Source of the DNA: Thermoleophilia bacterium
GTDB taxonomy: Bacteria; Actinomycetota; Thermoleophilia; UBA2241
Assembly (NCBI GenBank): GCA_016933475.1
Contig: JAFGAW010000027.1
Span: forward strand, 403-64,402
Length of the DNA stretch: 64,000 bases
Direction of reading: 5' to 3'
The first letter of the stretch is position 1. Every line of letters starts with the position of its first letter. Below are positions 44,357 through 54,942 of the stretch, in pieces. Position numbers and translations under genes: made by a program. The notes under the pieces were generated by a model. The model was not told the DNA's origin and ran no database searches. It saw only the letters and a program-made list of their open reading frames with translations.

Positions 44357-45655
44357 ATGAGCATCTGGGACGCGTCCCATGAGACCATGGACCGCGAGCG
44401 GCTGCGGGCTCTGCAGCTCGAGCGCCTGCAGGCGACCGTGGCGCGGCTCTACGAGCGCGTACCGCACTACCGCGAGCGCCTCGCGGCGCTCGGCGCCGAG
44501 CCCGCAGACGTGCGCGCGCTCGACGACCTGCGCCGCCTGCCGTTCACGACCAAGGCCGACTTCCGCGACCGCTACCCGTATGGGCTCTTCGCCAGTCCGC
44601 TGGCCGACGTCGTCGAGGTGCACTCGTCTTCGGGCACCACAGGCAAGCCGGTCGTCGCCGGGTTCACCCGGCGCGACCTCGACACCTGGGCCGAGCTCGT
44701 CTGCCGTGTGGCCGTGATGGCCGGCGTGCAGGCTGACGACGTCGCCCAGGTCTCCTTCGGCTACGGCATGTTCACCGGCGGCTTCGGGCTCCACTACGGC
44801 CTGCAGCGCGCCGGCGCGACCGTGCTGCCGATGTCGGCCGGCAACACCGCACGGCAGCTGCAGTTCATGCAGGACTTCGGCACCACGGTGCTGGTCGCCA
44901 CGCCGTCGTACGCGCTTTATCTCGCCGAGTCGATCCAGGCGCTCGGTGCTCCCGACGCCTTCCGCCTGCGGCTCGGGCTCTTCGGCGCCGAGGCGTGCAG
45001 CGAGGAGATGCGGCGGCAGATCGAGAGCCGCATCCCGATCCTCGCCACCGACAACTACGGTCTCACGGAGGTGATGGGGCCGGGGGTCGCGGGCGAGTGC
45101 GAGTGCCGCGCCGGCATGCACGTCGCCGAGGATCACTTCGTCGTCGAGGTCGTCGACCCGACGACCGACCAGCCGGTCCCGGAGGGCGAGGTCGGTGAGC
45201 TTGTCTTCACCTCGATCACGCGTGAGTGTTCGCCGGTCCTGCGCTACCGCACTCGCGACCTCTGCAGCGTCACCACCGAGCGCTGCGCCTGCGGTCGCAC
45301 GCTGGCCCGCATGGGCCGCATCGTCGGCCGCACCGACGACATGTTCATCATCAGCGGTGTCAACATCTTCCCGTCGGCCGTCGAGCGCGTGCTCTTCGCC
45401 ATCGAGGGTATCGAGCCGCACTACCGGATCGTGCTCGGCCGCCGCGGCGCCCTCGACACCTTCGAGGTGCAGGTGGAGGTGAGCGAGGCGCTCTTCAACG
45501 GATGGATGGACGACCTGCGGGCCTTCGAGCGCCGCGTGACCGAGGAGTTGCGCTCGGCCCTCTTGGTGCGGCCCAAGGTGAAGCTCGTCGAGCCGGGGAC
45601 ACTGGAGCGCACCGAGGGCAAGGCACGGCGGGTGATCGACGAGCGGCCGCGGTAG
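44357..45655 (+). CDS. paaK: Phenylacetate-CoA ligase (PaaK / coenzyme F390 synthetase family)
   Basis: MSIWDASHETMDRERLRALQLERLQ N-terminus and SSGTTGKP AMP-binding motif typical of PaaK; 432 aa. Confidence 0.8.
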   Translation: MSIWDASHETMDRERLRALQLERLQATVARLYERVPHYRERLAALGAEPADVRALDDLRRLPFTTKADFRDRYPYGLFASPLADVVEVHSSSGTTGKPVVAGFTRRDLDTWAELVCRVAVMAGVQADDVAQVSFGYGMFTGGFGLHYGLQRAGATVLPMSAGNTARQLQFMQDFGTTVLVATPSYALYLAESIQALGAPDAFRLRLGLFGAEACSEEMRRQIESRIPILATDNYGLTEVMGPGVAGECECRAGMHVAEDHFVVEVVDPTTDQPVPEGEVGELVFTSITRECSPVLRYRTRDLCSVTTERCACGRTLARMGRIVGRTDDMFIISGVNIFPSAVERVLFAIEGIEPHYRIVLGRRGALDTFEVQVEVSEALFNGWMDDLRAFERRVTEELRSALLVRPKVKLVEPGTLERTEGKARRVIDERPR

Positions 45656-46008
45656 CCGCTCGGCCGCGTCTGGCGCTTTCTGCGTGCCTCGCGGGTCCTC
45701 CGCACCCGCTGCTCTCGCCCCGCGCCCGCTCTGCGCTTCTCGCGCCGAGACGCCGTGACCGCCCCGGCCGCAAAGCCGGGCGGTCACGGCGTCTGACGTT
45801 CGAAGGCCGACGGCGCGGGCCCCCGCTCCGCACCGCCGGCCAACCTTGTGGACCTTCCGCTCTCTCTCTGCCTCGTGTGGTCTCCCCGCTTGAAGGTATC
45901 GGGCCGGGTGTCCGCCGAGCAGATAGGACACGCGTCTAGACCATCGTCAGGCGAGCGCGACGGGGTCGTGTCGCCACAGCCTGCCGGGCACCGGCGCCCG
46001 CATCTCCA

Positions 46009-48051
<2,043 letters not shown>

Positions 48052-48571
48052 GGCTGCCCTCTCTCGTCGCCCGTCACATCATAGAAGATGCCGGGCGCCG
48101 TCGCGGCCTGCGCGTCGCTTCGCGGGTCGACGATGTCCCCGGCGTGACGCGCGGCGTCTTGGGCGACGACACACTTGACGAGCACCCGGCGACGAGACGG
48201 CTCGAGACGGCTCGCGGCCTACGGCGACGGGCCGCGGCGCAGCTGCGACGATGTGGGGAGCGCGACGCGCGCCGGTGAGAAGGGAGTGTGCCGGGCCGGC
48301 GGGGGCCTTCACTCGGATGCGGGCTGTCCGGTGTCTGTCGAAGGAGACCGGCCCGGCAGAGAGAGAGGATACGGAATGCCGGGCGGGTGCCCGGTGAGTT
48401 GTCCCCTGGTCTCAGGGTTGGTATCGGCAGGGGAGGGGGCCCCATGAGGGTGCGCGGCGTCAACGCGTAGCCCCCGCGAGCAACGCACTCCGGCTTCGAC
48501 GGGCGGTCGGCTCGCAGTCCTGCGGCGGGAGCCGCGGGAAGCCGCCCGCGGCCGGGCTGGGGTGCCTCCCG

Positions 48572-49972
48572 GTGCTCCCGGCCGCGGCCGCTGCTGCTAT
48601 ACTGCGCGCCACCCGTCCGCGAGGTCGCACCACGTTCGACAAGGTCCTCATCGCCAACCGCGGCGAGATCGCCATCCGCGTGATCCGCGCCTGTCGCGAG
48701 CTCGGCGTCGGCACGGTCGCCGTGTACTCCGAGGCCGACGCCGACTGCCTGCACGTGCGCTACGCCGACGAGGCGGTCTGCATCGGGCCGCCGCCGGCCA
48801 CGCAGTCCTACCTGGTGAAGCCGGCCCTCATCCAGGCCGCCCTCCAGAGCGGTGCCCAGGCGATCCACCCGGGGTACGGTTTCCTCGCCGAGAACGCCGA
48901 GTTCAGCGGCCTCTGCGCGCAGCAGGGCCTGAAGTTCATCGGCCCCGGCCCCGAGTCGATCGCCCTGATGGGCGACAAGGCGTCGGCGCGCACGACGATG
49001 ACCGCGGCCGGCGTCCCCGTCACGCCCGGGTCCAAGGGCGTGATCGCCGACGCGACCGAGGCCGAGCTCGTGGCGAAGCAGATCGGCCTGCCCGTCATGG
49101 TCAAGGCGTCGGCCGGCGGCGGCGGCAAGGGCATCCGCATCGTCAGGGACGCCTCCGAGGTGGCGGGCGCCGTGCGTCAGGCGCAGGCCGAGGCCGAGGC
49201 TGCGTTCGGCGACGGTTCGGTCTACGTCGAGAAGTACCTCGAGGCGCCGCGCCATATCGAGATCCAGGTGCTCGCCGACGGGCAGGGCCACGGCGTGCAC
49301 CTCGGCGAGCGCGACTGCTCGATCCAGCGGCGCCACCAGAAGCTGATCGAAGAGGCGCCATCCCCGGCCGTCGACCCGCTGCTGCGCTCCGAGATGGGGC
49401 ACGCCGCGGTGGCTGCTGCTGTGGCCGCGGGCTATGAGGGGGCCGGTACCGTCGAGTTCCTCCTCGACCACTCAGGCGACTTCTACTTCATGGAGATGAA
49501 CACCCGCGTGCAGGTCGAGCACTGCGTGACCGAGATGGTGAGCGGCGTGGATATCGTCAAGACCGGCATCCGCATCGCTGCCGGCGAGGGCCTGCCTCTC
49601 CGCCAGGAGGAGGTCGAGCTCGAGGGTCATGCCATCGAGTTCCGCATCAACGCCGAAGACCCCGGGGCCGACTTCATGCCGTCACCGGGCACGGTGACGA
49701 AGTGGGTCGCACCCGGCGGGCCCTGGGTGCGCCTCGACTCGCACGTGTACCAGGGCTACATGGTGCCGCCGTTCTACGACAGCCTGCTCGGCAAGCTCGT
49801 CGTCTGGGGACGCGACCGCGAGGAGTGCCTCGCCCGCTCGCGCTGGGCGCTCGACCAGTTCCTCGTGGAGGGTCTCGCCACGACGATCCCCTTCCATCGC
49901 CGCGTCCTCGATCACCCGTTGTTCGTCGCCGGCGAGGTCTCGACCCACTTCATCGAAGACCACCTGGGCTGA
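48572..49972 (+). CDS. accC: Biotin carboxylase (acetyl/acyl-CoA carboxylase subunit)
   Basis: KVLIANRGEIAIRVIRA, ATP-grasp motifs and EMNTRVQVEH; ~450 aa core plus a ~20 aa N-terminal extension. Confidence 0.9.
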   Translation: MLPAAAAAAILRATRPRGRTTFDKVLIANRGEIAIRVIRACRELGVGTVAVYSEADADCLHVRYADEAVCIGPPPATQSYLVKPALIQAALQSGAQAIHPGYGFLAENAEFSGLCAQQGLKFIGPGPESIALMGDKASARTTMTAAGVPVTPGSKGVIADATEAELVAKQIGLPVMVKASAGGGGKGIRIVRDASEVAGAVRQAQAEAEAAFGDGSVYVEKYLEAPRHIEIQVLADGQGHGVHLGERDCSIQRRHQKLIEEAPSPAVDPLLRSEMGHAAVAAAVAAGYEGAGTVEFLLDHSGDFYFMEMNTRVQVEHCVTEMVSGVDIVKTGIRIAAGEGLPLRQEEVELEGHAIEFRINAEDPGADFMPSPGTVTKWVAPGGPWVRLDSHVYQGYMVPPFYDSLLGKLVVWGRDREECLARSRWALDQFLVEGLATTIPFHRRVLDHPLFVAGEVSTHFIEDHLG

Positions 49973-50120
49973 CGCGCCGCCGGCGCATTCCGCGCGTGGC
50001 CCCGGCTCGTCGGCCGGGCGCTCTTCGTTCCCGTAAACGGGTAAGAAGCGCAGAAGACGCCGGGGCGGCTCCTGCCGAGCCCCCCGCCCCGGCCGCCCGC
50101 GGTCGTCAGGAGGAGAGCGC

Positions 50121-50822
50121 ATGGCCATCATCACCGCCGAGGACGCAGCCACGCTGCGCACGCTCCTCGAGGAGCAGCTCAAGAGCGACGTCACGCTGGT
50201 CCACTACACGCAGCATGAGAGCAAGATCTACGTGCCCGGCGTCGTCCCCTGTGCCGCCTGTCGCGACACCAGGGAACTCCTCGGGGAACTCGTCGAGCTC
50301 AGCGACCGGCTCCACCTCGAGACGCTCGACTTCGTCGCGGACGCCGACGTGGCTGCGGCCGCCGGCGTCGACAAGATCCCCGCGACGGTGGTGCGCGGTC
50401 GCGACGGCGGCGAGCGGGCGCGCTTCTACGGCGCTCCGGCGGGCTACGAGTTCACCAGTCTGCTCGAGGACATCCTCGACGTCGGCGACGGCGGCCCGTC
50501 GCTGCCCGAGCCCGTGGTCACGGCCCTCGGCAAGGTCGACCAGCCGGTCCACATCCAGGTGTTCGTCACCCCCACCTGCCCGTACTGCCCGGTCTCGGTG
50601 CGGGCCGCGCACGTGCTCGCCCTGGCCAGCCCGCACGTGACCGCCGACATGGTGACGGGGCCGGAGTTCCCCCACCTCACCCAGCGCTACCAGGTCATGG
50701 CGGTGCCGAAGACGGTGATCAACGACACCCACCACTTCGAGGGTGCGCTGCCGGTCGAGGACGTCATGGGCGCCGTGCTGCACGCCATCGGCAAGGAGGC
50801 CGAGCAGCTGCCGGAGGAGTGA
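50121..50822 (+). CDS. Protein-disulfide-oxidoreductase-like (glutaredoxin-like, two thioredoxin-fold units) protein
   Basis: Two CxxC motifs in two tandem Trx-like halves (PCAAC and TCPYCP), resembling PDO proteins of thermophiles. Confidence 0.6.
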   Translation: MAIITAEDAATLRTLLEEQLKSDVTLVHYTQHESKIYVPGVVPCAACRDTRELLGELVELSDRLHLETLDFVADADVAAAAGVDKIPATVVRGRDGGERARFYGAPAGYEFTSLLEDILDVGDGGPSLPEPVVTALGKVDQPVHIQVFVTPTCPYCPVSVRAAHVLALASPHVTADMVTGPEFPHLTQRYQVMAVPKTVINDTHHFEGALPVEDVMGAVLHAIGKEAEQLPEE

Positions 50823-50913
50823 GGCGCCGGCCGACTCGGCAGGCCCCCGGTCGGCCGGCGGTCGCCGCAGCCCGCCGGTCGTACCGCGGCCCGGCGGTCC
50901 GCCGCGAAAGGGC

Positions 50914-51792
50914 TCAGTCGCCGGCGCCCGTCGCCGCCGTCTCGGCGGCGATGCCGAAGCCGGCGGCCGTGACTCCGTCGGCGACCTCGGCCGCCGCCGC
51001 GTCGAGGAGGGCGCCGACCGTCTCCGCGTCGGGCCCGCGTGCCGACAGGGTGATGCGGATCGCCGGCGTCGAGCCGATGACCTTGGCCCGCGACTTCACG
51101 TAGACCGCGGGGTGCGCCGCCGCGGCGGCGCGCAGCACGTCGGCGATCGCCGACTCGTCCTGGAGCTCGACGACCAGGGTGCGCTCCTCGTAGTGAGCGC
51201 CGCCGAAGACGCGCCCGAAGAGCTCGTCGAGCGAGTCGTGAACGATGGCCCGCAGCTCGCCGGGCACCCCGGGGAGCGAGACGACGGCGGTGCCGCCGAT
51301 CTCGAGGACGACGCCGGGGGCGCCGCCTATCGGGTTGTCGGCGGGCTCGGCGCCCTCGGGGAGGCGGGCCATCTTGCGGCGCGCTTCGTTCAGTTCGGCG
51401 AACGGCACGTCGCCCCGGGCGTGGAACTCGGCGTACCGCTCCGCCACCATGCGCTCGGCGTCGGCGTGCAGGGCGAGCGCGCGGCCGGTGCCCAGGGCGA
51501 CGCCCTCGAGGGTGCGGTCGTCGTCGGTGGGGCCGAGTCCGCCCACAGTGAAGACCAGCGCGGGGCGGCGGGCGAGCGCTGCACGGATCTCGTGCGCGAT
51601 CGTCTCGACGTCGTCGCGCACCGTCGTGGTACGGCTCACGCGCCCCCCGAGTCCGGTGACCAGCACGCAGAGCTCGTGCGTGTTCGTGTCCAGGACGTCG
51701 CCGTTGAGCACTTCGTCGCCGGCGGCGAGGATCTCGACGGCCGGCGCTGCGGAGTCTGCGGCGGCGTTTGGGAGGATGGGCCGCTCGGGCAT
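50914..51792 (-). CDS. CinA-N / MoCF-biosynthesis (MoaB/MogA-like) domain protein
   Basis: AVEILAAGDEVLNGDVLDTNTHEL...VFTVGGLGPTDDDRT typical of the CinA N-terminal molybdopterin-binding fold; start at internal ATG (MPERPIL). Confidence 0.65.
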   Translation of the reverse strand: MPERPILPNAAADSAAPAVEILAAGDEVLNGDVLDTNTHELCVLVTGLGGRVSRTTTVRDDVETIAHEIRAALARRPALVFTVGGLGPTDDDRTLEGVALGTGRALALHADAERMVAERYAEFHARGDVPFAELNEARRKMARLPEGAEPADNPIGGAPGVVLEIGGTAVVSLPGVPGELRAIVHDSLDELFGRVFGGAHYEERTLVVELQDESAIADVLRAAAAAHPAVYVKSRAKVIGSTPAIRITLSARGPDAETVGALLDAAAAEVADGVTAAGFGIAAETAATGAGD

Positions 51793-51883
51793 GGGGAGAG
51801 TATACTCACCGCGCCGCGCGGGGGGATTCGCGCGGCGCCGCGAAGCCGGCGGCGGACCGGGGGTATCGAGGCCATGCGACCGA

Positions 51884-52584
51884 TCGCGATCCTTCAGCAC
51901 GAGGACGACGACCCTCCGGGCAGCATCGCCGTCGCGCTGTCTGACCTCGGCGTACCGTTCGAGGTGCGTCTGCTGCACGCCGGCGACCCGCTTCCGATGT
52001 GGCCCGAGGAGACCAGTGGCGTCATCTCCATGGGCGGGGCGATGCACGTGACGCAGGAGCGCACGTTCCCCTTTCTCGCCGCCGAGAAGCGGCTCCTGCG
52101 GCGCATCCACCACGAGGGCGGGCCGGTCTGGGGCGTCTGCCTCGGCGCCCAGATCCTGACCGAGGCCGTCGGGGGCTCGGTGTACCGCCGCCGCCGGCCC
52201 GAAGTCGGCTGGGTCGAGATCGAGAAGCTCATCGACGACCCGCTGCTCCACGGCATCACCTCGCCGTTCGTCGCCTTCAACTGGCACGAGTACTCGTTCA
52301 CGCTCCCATCGACAGCGCATGCGGTCGCGGAGCGCCGGGACGGGCTGCAGGTCTACCGTGCCGGCGGGCGCTCGTGGGCGACCCAGTTCCACCCCGAGGT
52401 CGACGCTGCGATGGCGCCCCACTGGGTCGAGGACGCGGTGAAGGAGCAGAAGCACCTGGGGCCGGAGTTCGCGGCGCAGCTGCAGGCCGACACCGAGCGG
52501 TACCTGCCCGGCTACCCGGCGTTCTGTACGAAGCTGACCGAGAACTTCGTCCGCGCCGCGGGCCTACTGACCTCGGCCGGGTGA
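51884..52584 (+). CDS. Class-I glutamine amidotransferase (GATase1) domain protein
   Basis: Catalytic Cys in GVCLGAQ and the downstream HPE motif; start at internal ATG (MRPIAIL); the upstream part of the long ORF is antisense to cinA. Confidence 0.7.
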
Positions 52585-52931
52585 GGCTTCGTCGTCTGAC
52601 CGTCCTTGAGGCTCGACCGTGAGCTTCGCTCGACCCTCCCTCCGGCCGCGCGTCTCTCGCGTCGTTTCGCTCATCCCTCGGCCTGCGGATGCCGAGAAGG
52701 TGGAGCGAGCATGGAGACGTCGACCCTCGACTCGAAAAACGGCAGCCCGACGGGGAGTCGGGCCTGTGAAAGGAGCCATGGGGTGGTACCTGGGGGTACC
52801 AGCACGGGGAGGGGTGTGTGGAGGGGGACTCCCGCGTGCAGGCGGTATATTACCACCGTTGCAACCGTTGAAACAAGAGGTGGTCGCAATTCTTCTGTCG
52901 GCTGTCTGACACCGCGCCTGGGGCGCCGCCC

Positions 52932-54659
52932 GTGAGCGCTACGGTCGGTGCTCGGGAGGCCGGCGGGGCCGGCGGGACGACCGGGGCGGGTGGAGGCGGC
53001 GGCCGCGGGGTCACGACGCGCCCCACGGTCTTCGCCGTCCAGCGCGAGCAGCGCTGGCGCATCTGGCTCCTCTTCGCCTTGCTCGTCCTCATGGCCCTGG
53101 TGTCGGTCTGGGTCGTCGCCTTCCTCGCCACGGCGGCGGTGGCGCTCACCTTCGGGGACCCCGACGCCTGGAGCGTGTTCTTCAGCGTCCGCGCCGTGGG
53201 GATCCTTCTGTTCGTGGCGCTGGCGGCCTCCGCCGTGTACTGGTTCGCCGCCCAGGTGGGCGCCAAGGGCCGGTTGCTCGAGGCCATGCACTGCCGCCCC
53301 CTCGAGCGCACCGACCGGTATCATCGGCGGCTTGCCGACGTTGTGGAAGAGATGCGTCTGGCGACCGGGGCGCCGCGCATCGAGTGCGTCACCGTGGCCA
53401 CCCTGGGGATGAACGCCTTCGCCTTCAGCGACCTGCGCGGCGGGGGCGTCATCGGCGTCACCGAGGGCGCTCTCGCCCGCCTGTCGCGCCAGCAGCTCCA
53501 GGCGGTCGTCGCGCATGAGTTCGCGCACGTCCTCTCCGGCAGCTACGTCACCGCCACGGTCAGCTGCCTGCTGTTCGGTATCTACTCGTCACTCGCCGAT
53601 GCCCTCGACGCTCTGATCGCGGGCGGCGTTGACGATCGGAGCACGCACGGATCGGGGAGCGGCGTCGGCGGCCTGGTCATCGTCGGCGCGTTCTTCCTGC
53701 GCGTCTGGGTCTGGGTCCTCGGCCTCGCCTCCCAAGTCGCGAACGCGGCGCTCGCGCGCGAGCGCGAGCGCCAAGCGGACGTCGCTGCGGCGCGCTTCAC
53801 GGGTGACCCCTTGAGCCTGGCCGAGGCGCTGCGCATGATCGCGCGGCACCCGGGCGGCGCCGGGTTCGTGCCGCCCGGCCTGGCACCGCTCTGCATCCGC
53901 GCCGGCGAGACGGCCGGCGGCGGCCTGCTGGGCCGCTGGGGCGATACCCACCCGCCGATCGGCGAGCGCATCAACGCCCTTCTCCTGCTCGCCAACGTCG
54001 CCCCGAGCGACTTCGAGCGCCAGGCGGCGGCCGCTGCCGAGCGGCTCACGGCCAAGGAGCACGTGCGGCGGCCGCCGGCGTCGCCGGCGGCTACGGACGG
54101 GGTGGCCCCGCTCGCCGGCATCGAGGCTCTGGCGCCGGTCCTCGACCAGATCGGTGTGGCCCCGCTCGCCGCTCTCGACACCCCGGAGGGGCGGGCCAGG
54201 CGGGGCGTCGCGACGCCGCGCCTCGGGCCGCCGCCTCTCGCCGGGTGGACGCCGCTCTGTCCGGCGTGTGGGAGCGCGCTGCGCGAGGCCGACTACGAGG
54301 GTGTGCGACTGCACGCCTGTCGCGCCTGCGGCGGACGCCTCGTCGGAGGCCAGGGCGTGCGCCGCGTCTGCGCCCGGCGCGAGGTGGCCTTCAGCGACGA
54401 GCAGCGCCACCTGACGGAGCTGCTCGTCGCCCAGTCCGACCACCTGCGGCGCGGCGCGGTCCTCGGCCGCGGCCGCTACGCCGCCGAGCTCGTGGCCTGC
54501 CCCGAATGCGGGCGCACGATGATGCGGCGGCACTACAGCTACGAGCACGCGGTCGAGGTCGACGTCTGTACGGTCTGCGACCTCTACTGGTTCGAGAGGG
54601 ACGAGCTCGAGGTGCTTCAGCTCTTGCACGAACGCCAGGTCGACCGCCGGCCCGGCTGA
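52932..54659 (+). CDS. M48-family zinc metallopeptidase (HtpX-like) with TM segments and two C-terminal zinc-ribbon modules
   Basis: HEFAHV zinc-binding motif; N-terminal TM helices; C-terminal CPACG...CRACGG and CPECG...CTVCD zinc ribbons followed by WFERDELEVL. Confidence 0.7.
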   Translation: MSATVGAREAGGAGGTTGAGGGGGRGVTTRPTVFAVQREQRWRIWLLFALLVLMALVSVWVVAFLATAAVALTFGDPDAWSVFFSVRAVGILLFVALAASAVYWFAAQVGAKGRLLEAMHCRPLERTDRYHRRLADVVEEMRLATGAPRIECVTVATLGMNAFAFSDLRGGGVIGVTEGALARLSRQQLQAVVAHEFAHVLSGSYVTATVSCLLFGIYSSLADALDALIAGGVDDRSTHGSGSGVGGLVIVGAFFLRVWVWVLGLASQVANAALARERERQADVAAARFTGDPLSLAEALRMIARHPGGAGFVPPGLAPLCIRAGETAGGGLLGRWGDTHPPIGERINALLLLANVAPSDFERQAAAAAERLTAKEHVRRPPASPAATDGVAPLAGIEALAPVLDQIGVAPLAALDTPEGRARRGVATPRLGPPPLAGWTPLCPACGSALREADYEGVRLHACRACGGRLVGGQGVRRVCARREVAFSDEQRHLTELLVAQSDHLRRGAVLGRGRYAAELVACPECGRTMMRRHYSYEHAVEVDVCTVCDLYWFERDELEVLQLLHERQVDRRPG

Positions 54660-54942
54660 GCGCGGGCGGCCGGCCGCACCGTCGCGGCTGCTCGCCGGCC
54701 GGCCTCGCTCGCGGCGCGCGCCGGTGGTCCGGCTTCGCGGCGCGCGCCGGTGGTCCGCGTCCGCGGCGAGCGCAGGTGCTCCGAGCTCAGGGCGAGCGCC
54801 GGTGCTCCCCGCCCGGGGCGACGACCCCGCGCGCAGCGTTTACACTTCGTTCATCGACGATCCCCGGCGCGACGCGCACCCGCCGGTCGGGGGCGCCCGG
54901 TCGCCGGCCGGCCACCCGCCCGCGAGTCTCTCAGGACCGAGC

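Noticed and set aside
50743-51883. N-terminal 380 aa of the 613 aa plus-strand ORF
   Set aside because: Antisense to the CinA-N gene. Only the segment from the internal ATG at 51884 has GATase1 motifs.
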